Source: Lingula anatina (lineage: Eukaryota > Animalia > Brachiopoda). From it: a stretch of DNA of 64,000 nucleotides. The stretch spans positions 70,100,788-70,164,787 of the forward strand of contig CM120640.1 of the NCBI GenBank assembly GCA_051362555.1, in the 5' to 3' direction. Positions 33,601 to 47,300 of the stretch are shown piece by piece. Under the pieces are notes generated by a model that was not told the DNA's origin, did not search any database, and saw nothing but the letters and a program-made list of their open reading frames with translations. The position numbers and the translations under genes are program-made. Numbering within the stretch: position 1 is the first letter of the stretch; each line of letters opens with the position of its first letter.

Positions 33601-36600
33601 GTCAAACAGAATCTGAAATAAATACAAGAAACAATATAGGAAAAATTATTACTTTGGCTTTTACAATGAACAAATAACAAGAGTTATTAATTTAAATACT
33701 CACATCGATGTCAAACTGAAAACATTCTGCTTCATTCTTTCTTAGATCAAAGTTCTTCAGATGGATGGAGCGTAGAGAGAACTTGGCTTCTACTTTCATT
33801 AACCTGAAAAGTTAAAGTAGGAGCTCAAATACACTGTACAGTGTAACATACATTCAATCTTGACGATAGTTTGACATGATATCTAAAGAAAACCAAATGT
33901 ATATCATCTACAAGTCACTGCATGGCTTATACCATTACTGCAGAGAATTCTTTTAAAGTTACAGGTTCCCAAGAATCAGAAAATAAAATAGCCAACTCAC
34001 GTGTCAAAATTAATGCTTTCATTAATAGAGGCAAGGTACTTCTCAATATCATATGTGTATTCGGTTTTATTGGTAGTTGTGTTGAAATGTGTCATGGTTC
34101 TCTGCAGTTGAAAACAAGCTGAAAGTGTAGAAACTTCAAGACTTCATATGTTTAACGTTACAAATAAAATGGCTCCAATATCAAATTATGGTATTCCGAA
34201 AAGGAAAGGAAAGGAAAGGAGAGAGAGAGAGAGAGAAAGAGAAAGAGAGAGAGAACTTTATCATTGATTTAAAAAAAAACAAAAATTGGTGTTTTTACTA
34301 ACATGAGACTGGATCCAGATCAAAATTGTAACTTCCGCTGGCTGGATCAACATCACCAACTTCAAAATAGGTCTTGCACAGCACCATGGGTTCATCTACA
34401 GTACTGTTCACTCGGGGTGCGTCATACACACCAATAGCATCTGGCCACGCCTCATGGTACTGGAGGGAGGGAAGGAAAACTATATACATTGTGATTGGTG
34501 TTAACATGGAAATCTTTAAAAAGAGGAAATGTTAATATATAATACCCATCTTCCATGTCACAAGTCTTGTTACCACTCTTTGCTGAATTTTAAGTTCAAC
34601 CCAATTTATATCAGAAAATGCACCAAGGTCATAATTCAACATGAAGGAGATGAAATTGTTTTGAGAACTAGTTACCCAGATTTCTGAAACAAGTGCTCCA
34701 ATAAAATAAATTTACGTAGGATTTAATGTCAGCAGCACAACATATGACTACAATAAATAAATACTTGAGTTATTATAAACCTCTTTGAAAAGCATACACA
34801 GTTATACAGGTACAATATTTTTCGTAAATATCCTACACAAGAGCTTCATGATCAAAATTGTGCATTACCATTTTCCATGCAAAGTTTAGCTTTGCGTAGA
34901 AATCACTGTGCTTGTAAACAGCAAACTTTCCCAGGGGGGCAGGGTAGGGGACTGTCTCATAGGCTGGATCCCACCCCTGAAGGAACAGGTGCTTGAATGC
35001 TATGTCTGACTTCTCCAGGAATGTTACATGAGCACTGCGGTCAACTCCAAATAATACAAGCTGAAATTATAACAATCTGGTAGATGTATTTAAGCACAAC
35101 TTAAGTTTGCCTTCATATAATAACTCAGCAAAAAAATATAGGTAAGCCAAAGTGTCAGAATTAAACTAATAATATTTTGATACTGTTGTAATATATATAA
35201 TAGCTTGTGGGGCCATAAGTCAAAAATGAAGAATGCACATGTCCTACATGTCCGACATATTATGCTACAACATATGTACCCAGGTGGGAGATTACAATTT
35301 ACATTACCTGTACTGTCACCATAATAATCTTGAGCAATTGCACTATCATTTTCCATGGAAATCTTCTCTTGGCCGTCCATTTCTGGCAAGGGGTCATGAA
35401 GTGATACTTGAGGCGTCTTCTCAGGGTGTCTTCCATGTGTGGTGTGTAGAAGGTTCTCTTGCAGGTCTCGTCTGTCCCACCACAGTCAGGAGTCTCTTGG
35501 TTAGGAGGACAACCATCCGCTGGGCAGCCGGCATGGTCAGAGTCTTGGTAGAAACAGAACAAAGGTATACATGGCTAGGGTCAGGCAGGGAAATTCAACT
35601 TTTAGTCACAAGAAATGTAAATTGATATGGAACATATGCCAATTCATACAAAATGACACTGTGTGAAATTATTTAATAAAACAATATTTGGCTTTCAGTC
35701 AATATGTTGTTTTGCTAACTTTAGAAAAGTGATATTGACCAAGCCACAGCAAAACAGTAAAGCAACATATTGGACTCTGCCAATGTCAATAACTGTATGT
35801 TATGTCTGTAAACAGAGGCAAAGATCAATAACTTTCGAAGATCAACATCTATTTTATGGAGTATTTTGACCATTTATTTATTTAAACCTAATATCTTTAA
35901 TATTTCAACAATAAGTTTTTTAATGTAAATCTGCTCAGTTTCTTAAATGTTTTTCTTTGACTTTTGATTCACAGTAAGACTTCTTATTTCACTAAACTTC
36001 TCTGAGCCAAGTTCAATTATGTGAAGTGAAACTGAAAGTAATATATACATTGTATAACACTCCAGATCAATCCAGGAAGTCCACTGTTCATACACTACTG
36101 TATATAGCCAGTTAACTTTATCTTTTGAACAGTTTTTAACACTTTCCAATTTTCTATTAATTATACAGATATAACCTATTACAGATATTAATTATACAGA
36201 TACAACCTATTACATTAATTAACTAACTCCAAATACATTTTAATGCCAACAGAATGTTTACAATTAATAAAATGGAAAAGGGACACATATGGTAATAAGG
36301 ATGTTTTTTTTCAGAGCAAATCGAAAAAAAAGGTGGTCTCAAAATGCTTCTGTATTTGCAGTTAAGTGTTATTTGGATGTTCGTAAAATGGTTGCTATTA
36401 AATAAATAATATGGTAGGGCAATGTTACTGCAGGTGATATTAATTCGTTTTGCCAACTGTCAGCCGACAACGGTCCACCATCAACTATCAACGCGGAAGT
36501 CTAAAACCACTCAACGGGTTATAACACTATTAATGATGTAACTGTATTGAAATCTTACCATTTATAGCACCACTGAAGAACCAAGGAGGCCTGGGACCAT

Positions 36601-36637
36601 GAGAATGCTCAGATCCATCAGAAGCGAAGTCCGTCAT
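27610..36637 (-). CDS. MCOLN: Mucolipin (TRPML) cation channel, paralogue C (most divergent of the three)
   Basis: gccATG at 36637; exons 36559-36637, 35307-35543, then approximately 34868-35060, 34303-34458, 34001-34118, 33702-33803, 33506-33611, 33205-33318, 32406-32535, 30798-30900, 30381-30503, 29879-30091, 27913-28062, 27610-27670. Pore SECLFALMNGDDIF; dileucine ERTSLL. Confidence 0.93.
31154..31706. mobile_element. Non-autonomous PIF/Harbinger-like element
   Basis: TIR ACCCCGTTCACACTAC / GTAGTGTGAATGGGGT, TAA TSD, CpG-rich interior contrasting with the host intron. Confidence 0.8.
32581..32805. mobile_element. MITE, PIF/Harbinger-like
   Basis: About 68-bp imperfect TIRs (CGTTCACATGAAAAATCT...TATACGCGGTATCTTGTGATCAC), TAA TSD on both sides. 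Confidence 0.87.
34198..34254. repeat. (GAAAG)n/(GA)n purine microsatellite
   Basis: Directly visible. Confidence 0.9.
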
Positions 36638-36913
36638 GGCCCTCTCTCTCGCTTGCCTGTGCTCTCCTGTTTTGACCCAATTTGCCATTCGTGTGACCTT
36701 GACCTTTTAGCTAAGAGGGCAATCCATAGATTGTATCATATTTCAACAATACAAGTACCTTATAAAGACAATAAGAAGACAAATGCGCATTTATAATTAT
36801 TTAGAAATATTTATCATGCTCATCACATGCCGTGATTCATGTTTTTCTCTTCGCCAAAATACTTTTCAATTTACTGAAACTAAGCATATGTCAGTGGACA
36901 ACTTCAAGTCAAG
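36638..36913. promoter_or_regulatory. Putative bidirectional promoter between MCOLN-C and ECM29
   Basis: Divergent ATGs at 36637 (-) and 36914 (+), only 276 bp apart; locally more CpG than the gene bodies. Confidence 0.7.
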
Positions 36914-38340
36914 ATGGGCACTGAAGAAAAAGAAGAGCTCGGTAAGTTTTTCTCTAAATGTTTGAATTTCCGTGACTGAACTTCTTGTGAAATAAAACAA
37001 AAAGAAAAATCTGTGTGTATTTAGTTTCTTTTGATCTGGTTGTGTTTTGAGGATAAATATGGGTGTGCGCCACTTCAAAATATATTTGTCTTCAGGAACC
37101 GGCTACTGATTTGCACAGTCACTGCGACTGAAAGTTAAAGTACGTTGTGGATGGGATGCATTCGGATGTGAATGCTGTCGGCACATATACACTCTGAGAC
37201 ATTTTCACAATTTTATAAAAATATCCACACTTAAAATTAGACATTTTATTTTGAGACTTTGAGTAACGTTCGTTGAAAACCAAGTACTTGTTTTAGATAT
37301 CGTTTCATGAACTTCAGACTTAAATATTTCACCCTTAGGCTTTTGTGAAGTTTTCTGTGGCTAGTATGCAGTGACCAATGTTGTAAGAGCCATAGGGCAG
37401 TAGGTAGGCATTTTACAATATAATAGCATCTCATGTAACAAGTATAATTCTAATAATGCTAATGTTTCTACTTAAGCCCTTCTGGAGCGAGTATTTCTAC
37501 GTATTGGATCAGCAGAGACAGATGAACAACTAGAGAATGCCCTCAGCAAGTTCCTCACGCCTGTCCTGCTGAAGCTATCAAGCCAGGAAGGAGTCAGGAA
37601 AAAGGTCAGGAACTGTGCTCATAGTGGCTTTACAAGACCGTTTGGAAATTACTGCTTTAAGTCATCTGAAGACATTTTCTGAAATATCATATAGCAGCTG
37701 TGTTTAAATACCATTTAACTTTCATCAAGCCTGAGAAGTATAAGGTTCATTAGCAAGAACAAATGCCAAATGCAATATATGGGGTGTTTGACATCACTTA
37801 AAGCTGCTTTTATTTATACCAAATCCTACTGAGATTTAACAATTTTACTTGAACTAATTGTGGGAGTTTTGTGGGATTGCAAAAAAAAATTAAATGTATG
37901 AATGGGATAGTCTGTATGACAATTTAATGTTGGATTAATTCAAGTTTATGTCCGTGGTCAGTTTTTTACTTACAAAAAAAAATATATTAATTTAATTGAA
38001 AAATAAATGAAATTGCACACTTTCATATTTTGTCCCTGTTTTCATATGTTGAGACAAAAGTTTGTGTGTATATATAGGTAATGGAGTTGTTGGTCCATAT
38101 CAACAAAAGAACAAAGAGTAGACCCCAGGTACAGCTTCCTGTGCATGACTTGTTATTACAGTACCAGGACTCTGAGACCACACCCTTTGTTTTGGTGAGT
38201 CTATAGCAGGGTTTGATGTGTTTTAAGTAGCAGAATTAATACAGATACATATTCTCTTGTGAATACAATTATTTTCATAAGAAGAATAATTTCAATTCAG
38301 ACTACAATATAACACGGCTATTTGTACAATGCTGCTTGAT

Positions 38341-38395
<55 letters not shown>

Positions 38396-41300
38396 TTTCA
38401 GAACTTTACAATGATATACATCAAAATGGGTTTCCCTAGACTAGAGAAAACAAAGCAAGCAGAACTGATCCCAGTGTTGGTCAACTGTCTGCCAGGGAGA
38501 CCAGAAACTCATCAAGACAGGTAAAATTAATAAGATATTTTACTTGTGTTTTGATGAAAACAGCCAGTCACTTATTAACTGAGGTTATAGAAACCTCAAA
38601 AGGGTAACTTTTGATAAACAAATTAGCTCTTAAACAATACATATACTTTAGGACTCATTGTAACAATGTTAAAGGATGGTCAGTGCCTTCTGTTTTTATC
38701 TGTCATTTGTCATGTTATCTTTACAGTGGTGACATGTTATCGAATGGCCATTGTTTACGTTTATTATTGTCACTTGATTTTCATCTTCCCAGCCTGATGC
38801 AGCTGATGATGCCAGCCCTGGCTCACATAACTATGCCTTCTGACATGGAAGCAAGAAAGGAAAAGTTTGCATTGTCAGATAAACCAGAAGTCTACCAGAT
38901 CTTACTAGACTACATGTTGGATGTTTTGCTGCTGCCATACAAGTAAGTGAATAGTTCAAGTTATGTAGTGCATGTAGACATTGCACAACTTAACATGCAA
39001 TTTTCTTTATTTTTTGTTTTGTGACAACATACATTGCTCACTGTGATTTTACAAGACAGATAAAGAGGAAATAAACATTATATGATGTATAAGTAACTTA
39101 CCACTTATTTCAGCCTAGTCCCCCTCAGACCCAGCAGTGGTCAGTCTACCAGACCCCAGGGAGCCACCCAGAGTGACACACCAGCAGAGGGCAGCACTGG
39201 GCCACCACCAGGACTAAGTGAGCATGCTTACAAGAGAGCCATGGGGGAGCCACCGTATAAAGCAGAGGAACTGGAGAAGGTATGGCCAATCTTTTGCTTT
39301 CAAATAGGCAGCATTATCTATATTCTATTAAAATGAAACATATAAGCTAAATATTGAAAAAAATGATTGAAAATGTACAGGTTTCTCATGTTTTGATTGC
39401 AGATAAAATGTGGCATTATAAGTTTTCTGGGAGCTGACTTGTTACCAGAGGACAAAGTGGTTGTCCATTATGTAGTGGCATCCTCAGATACAAGGCACAG
39501 GTAAGTGGTTCACTTCTTATCCTGTGTACATACTTTTATTTATTTTTATTTATACTATAGTTTTCAGCCAATATGCACAAGCAGTTATATTTCAAATAAT
39601 ATATAGATATCTATCCGAGTTGAATCCTGGTGTTTCATGATAAATGTTTCCTTTTTTTATTTAGTGTTGCCACATCTGCTGATTTGGAACTGAAAAAAAT
39701 AACTGGGTAAGGTTTGTAATGTATTTCATAAGATAATTAAAGTGTTGTCAAGTAATTATAGTAAAGTTGTATTTTTTACCATTCAAAATTGTCAGAAATT
39801 ATTCGAGAAGAGCACAAACTTAAAAGTATTTACACCAAGGAAGAACCTCAGCAGAACATTTTTGCACTAGATACTTTTTTACATTGAATCTCATTATAAC
39901 ACTTCATCATAAAAACATTAGATATCCAGATTAAACCACCACAATTAGATAGTTTAGTAAGTAAAACCCTTGTTTTCATGACTTTCCTCTCCACATTTCA
40001 GGAGTATTGACTGGAACGACTCTGTCATTATCTCCAAACTGTATGATATATTCAGAGGGACGGTGGTCATGAAAGGGAAGGTAGTGTATCTAGTCAACTT
40101 CATAACTTGAAGGAGACTGCATAATTTGAAACATTTAAGCTCTTTATCCAAAGTGTGTCATAAACCATTATCATGCTACTGTTTATGTACCTTGCTGAAA
40201 TACTGATTTTTAAATACTCCTCTCACACATGGATTTCTCTCTCACAGGCTACAGTGAAACCAGAGCAGAGACGCCAGCCTGCCGCCACCAGAGTCAGAAT
40301 GAAAGTGTTTCCACTGCTGTTGAAATCAAGGGAGGCTGCTGACCAATTTCCAGCCTGTATTCAGGTACATCTCGATGAATGATGTGGTGTGTTCCACAAA
40401 AAATGCGCCTTCTCTGAATCATGGCAGTGACGTTAACATTCATCATATTATTTTTGTGTAATTCTGACTTGCCCTGTTATTTTTACTATTTTATACTATT
40501 GTAGTCATCTAATGTAGAGAGAAATCAACAGTAATTAAAAATTGATATAAAATAGTTATGCATATGTTTCACAAATGTTTGTGTCGCTCACATGGCCTAG
40601 AGAAATACTTATTTTTGGAATCGCCCATGCCTTGTGTGCCTTTTCTTATGCAGCTCTATGAAAACTTTGATCATGTATATGTAGTGAGCTGTGATTTATA
40701 TAAAAAATAGTGAAGGTATTTGTAAGCAGTGCGTCATTGTTAGTATTTCTTTTCAGGTTATATTTGCCTGTTTGTTTGGTTCCACAACTAATCAGAAACT
40801 CAAAGTCATGGCAGTGCAATTTGTTCACCATGTTTGTCTCAAGTAAGTTGTCTCTGAATGGTAGTTTTAAATGATACAACAAAGAAAATTATTATCTTGT
40901 CTTAATTAATATAACACATGTAAATATTTGTATATGTATTTTCCAAATATTACACTTAGTAAAATTTGCATATGTAATAAAAAAAAAGATGTAAAATGTT
41001 AGGTTACAACCCATAATCAGATAAAAACACAGTTATCAGATTGTTAACTTTAAAAAAAGATGTTTTGTTCATTAACTTTCAGTTGCTCTGATGCCAAGTT
41101 CAATCCCATTGGCTCTGTGATAATGTCAGGGATGGTAAAAGTTATAGATGAAACCAAAGAGGTAAGAATTATTATTATTATTTATTATTATTATCGTATT
41201 AATATCTAACCTTTTGTATTGTGACTTCTTTTATACAGGACTATTAGGCTGTATCAAAAACTGCATTTTATATCATAACCCATGGCTTTGACTTTGCTCA

Positions 41301-44300
41301 TGATGATTGTACATTTTAAAAAAATGTCCAAATTTGCTCAGTATATCTGTGTTGCTTCCTGTATCTGTATTACTGACTTGGAAGTCAACTCTAAGCTATA
41401 TTCACTGGTATTTCAATTAACCAGGATGCAAGTCTCCGTGGCCAGGCTTACCTTGCTATAGGAAAGATTGCCAGGAGACTTCCTCAGCTGGTCACCAAGG
41501 ACATCGCTCTGGTGCAGAAATTCTTTGATGCCATGTGTAAGGTAGGTTTATGTGAGGGGTAGTCAATGGCAGATCTAGAGTAGTGTAAAGGTGATTATTC
41601 ATAAAAGACGATTTAAATGTCACACTTCTCTTAATATGTCATGTTTGGTCATTATCTATATGGGATTGTTCACTGGAAACAGTTGGCTGTACAGGACAGG
41701 GGATTCTGCCATGATGACTGATGCATCCTGGGAGGTACCTGCAGTGACGTGTATTAATTTGATTGTGGGAGGACTAGGAAACTAAGCTGGGTATTCTCAG
41801 AGATATAAATTAATTGGATTTATATCTCTGAGAATACCCAGAGATATAAATTAATTGGATTTCAGGAGGACTCAGAAACTAAGCTAGCCATTCAGGCAAG
41901 CTTGTCCATGATGTCTGAGGCATTCAAAGGAATGGAAGGACCCAACTTGAAGATCATGGAAGCTCTCATCATGCAAAATGTGGAAAAGGTAAGAAAATGA
42001 ATGTCTGAAAAACTTATAGTTGTATCAGTGTACTGGATTCCTGTATGGAAGAACCACTTCATGTTATATCATTTGCTTGATAGTACATAATATGACATTG
42101 TGTATTTTAAAAGACATGATGTAAATGATATTTATCACTTTCTTATTCTATTTCTTCCTTTCTTTCTTTTTTTTTAATGTAGGATGAACACCAAGCAAGA
42201 ATGATGGCAGTGCAGTATGCTAAAACTGTCTACCCACCAGATCATATTCCTTCCAGATATGTCCTTCTGCTGGCCTGTGGGGATGTGTAGGTTTCATATT
42301 AAGCACCATTAATGATTTGTTTATAAACTTTTTAATCTGCATACCTGCAAGTTTATATCCCATTGAGATAGGTTGTAAATTGCCCTGTTGAGATGTGAAG
42401 AATGATATGTTGATTGATTAAAAAAATTTCATTTCTTTAAAGAACATTTTACATTGCTATTAGTGATCATTGTCTTTCCAAGAAATTTTGATAATGCTGT
42501 TATTCAGTTTATAGTTGTTTAATATTTCTAAATTCATAATACTGCTTTTTACATGACTCAATAAATACTTTACACAGATGTAGTTTTTGAAAAAAATGTT
42601 TGATTCCATGCAATGATTTTAGTAAAGAGGATATTTATGCTGAGGCGACCAAGGCACTTCGTAATGTGGCCAGCCCAGAGAAAAGACAGAAATTAGAAGC
42701 AGGGAAGGAGGACTTGCCTCTTATGCCAGACTTCTCTGAACTAGTGCTGTATATTTATGAAAAGGTAGGAAGAAAACGGTTGAGTCTTACATAAAAACTA
42801 TGATATGTCTAGTTTAATGTTGTTGTTTAAAGTAATATTATATAAGTACTTTATTTAGAAGAAAATAATTTATGTAGGTGGATGCTAGATTAACCTTAAA
42901 TGTATAAAATGATAGACAAGGTATAATAATAATTTCAGGGAAACCAAAGAATTAAAAGCTCCCAGAAATATGTGACTGGTAACAAAGTTCTTCCCTTCAA
43001 TCCAAGTGCATTTGGAGAGGTAAGATAGCAACACTGCATGTAACAAGTCTAAAACTAAGAATATCTTTTTTAATGCAATTATGATGGAGTTATTGAAATG
43101 GCAAAATGTTGAAAAAAATAATCATGGCATAAGGCAGTAATGCTTTAGTTACCTACTTTTTTATATTTTTATAGTGCATACAAGGTAACATAAAACATCT
43201 CCATATCTCTCTGCAATACTTAAATAGAAAAAAACCTCATTTGGCACACGATCTGTTTTGTTTCAGATTTTGCTCTACCTGCGTATGTGTCTTGCGTACA
43301 GTGCTGGGCTGGTACCAGACGTGGAGTCCACCGTTGCTATGCAGCGCCAGTCTCCTGCTATATCCAGGGTGGTCCACCAGCTACTGATAGACAAACCTGG
43401 AGACAATGGTCCTGTACACGTCTACATCAAGTTGATGAAACAGTTGTTATCAGCCATAGGAGGTAATCTAGTTGCTGCATGCTCAAAACTGAGAAAACAG
43501 TGAGTTATTCTTAACTGGGAGACTAAATACATTATGTTTGAATTTGCCAATCTGTGTACCTTAGTGCCTGAATACAACGGCAGGGAACTTTTTCATAGTA
43601 TGCTCAGAACTGTTGAAGGGAGTATAAGATAACCAAATTCCTAAGTTCTAAACGCTATGCTTTAAAACCTGTTTTACAAAAATTTGCTAAATAAAGCACT
43701 TTACATTTATTAAGGGTAGTTTTGTATTATTTCTATTATCTGTGTAAACTTAATGTACCTGTATCACGTGTTCAGGTCCTCCTGTGATGTACTGTCTCAC
43801 TGAGGTGGTGGCCGGGGCTCCCAACAAACTGGCCTCAGATTTCACTGACAACATGGCCTGGATCAAGGTGAGATACTAAACATGCTGGAAAACAAAATAT
43901 TGCTAGAAAATAGTAATTTTTACTTATTTTGAAAAAGTATGCCAAATAATGCAGAGCTTGTATCATCTTCTTTAAAGTTCGTTGTAACAATTGTTTTGAT
44001 ATTATTTCAGACTTTTCTGTATTCCACCAGAGAAGACATGAGGGAATTTGCTGCCCAGTTGTATGCTATTGTGGTGTCTTCAGCAGTTGAAGAAAGCAAA
44101 ATACCAGAAATCTTCAATGAGCTTTTACAAAACATGAAAACAAAGGTATAATACAAACCAAGCAGCCTTCTACTTTGCAACTTAAACTGTATGTTTTTAG
44201 GAAATCATTTCTTGAAATACCAACATTACTTATATTTAAAGGTAAGTTATTTGGTTATAAAATGCCTATTACCGTCTTCTCTTTCTGATAATGAGAAGGT

Positions 44301-47300
44301 GTGTCTAAAATATATGTGCACACACAGATAATCTCAGATAAAACATTCCTTATTATTGGTGTTTGTTGTAGGGGTTTGAATGCCAACATGGCTCCATGCT
44401 TGCTTTGGGCTTCCTGATTGGCCGCCAGATGTACAAGGCCAAGGGACACCATGGTGACATTGCTGTAGAAGATATGGAAGTGGACAATAAAGCAAATGGA
44501 ATTGAACTCTACAGAGAAGCTGTGGAACAAATAGGTACTCACAGTTTAATTTACTAAAAAATGGAATACTGTCATGTACCTGGGAGAAAAAACGATCCTT
44601 ACAGTGCACATTGGTAGGTAATTGCAATTTTTCTCTTTAAGCCAAGAATCTCGACTCAAGGGATGTTGCCATGGTGATGGGTGCTTGCACTGCTATTGGT
44701 GAAGTTGGCAGAAATGGCAGTCTCCCAGTGGCTGATGGTGAGGTGAAAGAGAAAGAGGAAGACTCGGCAGTCAAGGATGAAACTGTGACAAAGCTCTCCA
44801 TTATAGATTGTTTGATTTCCAAAGTGCAGGCCACAAAAGAACCAATGAAGGTGAGGAATATCCAATATAACACTACCATTATTGAATACATCTTAAAATT
44901 TGTGAATGATGATGATATGCAAATTAAATAAATAACTGATTTAGGAACATTATTCCTTTTCTTGGTTTAGAGTTGATAGCTTGTATTTAAATTTGGGACC
45001 AGTGAGTGCCTGGGCACCTTGTGTGTGATAACAATACAGTATGTTGTAATATTTAGGTAAGAGAGAAGGCAGCCTGGTGTCTGGGCACCGTGTGTGTGAT
45101 AATGATACAGTATGTTGTAATATTTAGGTAAGAGAGAAGGCAGCCTGGTGCCTGGGCACCTTGTGTGTGATAACAATACAGTATGTTGTAATATTTAGGT
45201 AAGAGAGAAGGTAGCCTGGTGCCTGTGTGTGATAATGATACAGAATATTGTTATATATTTAGGTAAGAGAGAAGGCAGCCTGGTGCCTGGGCACCTTGTG
45301 TGTGATAATGATACAGAATATTGTTATATATTTAGGTAAGAGAGAAGGCAGCCTGGTGCCTGGGCACCTTGTGTGTGATAATGATACAGAATGTTGTTAT
45401 ATTTAGGTAAGAGAGAAGGCAGCCTGTTGCCTGGGCACCGTGTGTGTAGGAGAGGCAATGTTTCCACACAGACAGAGAGTGATGAAGGGGATGCTGGACT
45501 GTGCCCAGGTAAAAGTAGACATATTCTCAAGTGCTGCTCAAGGTTTACAAATGTTCTGCTCTTTTACTGTAGAAATTGTACTCTGTACTTAGGAGTTTTG
45601 ATGAAGTTTAGCCTGAGATACAGGTGTTAAAACATTGGTAAACAAATGTTGTGTTCTTATACTAGTACAATATAATTCTATACAAAGTAATTTTGGTGAA
45701 CTAAAGGCTGAGGTGTTAACACACTGCATGTGGGTGTTAAGATGCTGTACTTGGCTGTGTATGTTTATATATCTTAGTTCTGATTAGTAAAATTGTGCAA
45801 TATTTCAGTTCAGTTGTGTTAACAGTACCATTGTGGTCTATTTCAGCCTAAGCAGATAGAGTTACACCTGACTGTGGGTGAAGCCTTGGTGTGTGCAGCT
45901 CTAGGAAGTCACTCCCCAGTAGCCAGGGATCCATGGACTGTACAGGAAGACGACTTCAAGGTGATAACCAGCAGACATATGGGATTCGCAACTGTAATAG
46001 TGAATTCTTCAAATTCATTTAATTTAATCAAACAAAACATATTATCCTCATTGTACTGTTTTTAGCATGGGCATTAGTTCTTACAATAGAAAGAAATGAA
46101 AACTTTTTGATTTTATTTTTAAGCACTCATGCATGTCTTGCAAATGAGATATCTCTGCTAAATAAGATTCATATATGTTTTGTTTGAAATATTTTGTAGC
46201 CTTTAACAGACGCAGGAAAGGATGAAGTTGAGTGGCTCTTGTCGGAACTACATACAAAATATGTAAGAAGTGATAACCCACATATCAGACAGGTAAGCAG
46301 AGGAAGGACCTTTTCCCCATTAATGCTGACTATGACACTCACTTAATTGTTTATTGTTGCTATATTTTTTCAAGTTGTAAAATGCAATGGGTTATGTGAT
46401 AAATGCTTAGGCCCCATTCAGAATAGGAGACTAACTAGTCGGAAGGTCAAATATGGCAACCCACTACAAAAAACTTGCTGTCTAATCCGCTAATAAAAAC
46501 TGAATAGATATCCCGTGGGGAAGTATTCAAGTGGGTTGGCCATATTTGACCCTCGGACTAGTTAGTCCCCTATTCTGAATGTGGCCTTAGATGTTCCCTA
46601 GTGTCAAAGTTATTGGTGTATGCTGTGTTGCAGGCTGCCTGTGTGTGGCTGCTGTCCCTGGTGAAGAGCTGCAGTGGTCACAAGGTGATACAGGAGAATA
46701 TGAAGACTATACAGGGAGCATTTATGAGCTTACTAGCAGAAAACAATGGTAAGATGGTGAAAAACACCACGGTATTGGATTTAAGAGAATGGGGAAATTT
46801 TAAGATCTTTGACATTTTCTGTAAGTGTCAAGATGTCAATTTTACACAATCTTACAAACATGACAAATAGATTTTAATGTTTAATTCAGCTTGTAGGTAA
46901 AGCCATTGAAGATATTATCACTTTGATAATATCAAATATTACTCACAGTGGGATTAAATATTTTTTCTTGTGCCTAGAAATCACCCAGGACATCGCCTCC
47001 AAGGGTCTCAGTATAGTCTATGAGAACTCCAGCAAAGAGAGGAAAGATGAACTAGTGGCAGACTTGGTGCAGACACTCATGACAGGAAAGAGGTAAGCCA
47101 CCAGGGAGGTTACATAACTAAAGCCAGAGAAGAATAATTTTGGTAATTGGCAAAACATTTCTATGCTAGGATGAGCCTAGATCATCATGTGTGTTTTTTA
47201 CATGCTATATCACCACAGGTGCTGCACAAAGAGACGTGGGTGTAGACATTCAGTTTTATAAGGTTAATGTTTTTTAATCTGAAATACAAATCTTTAGGTC

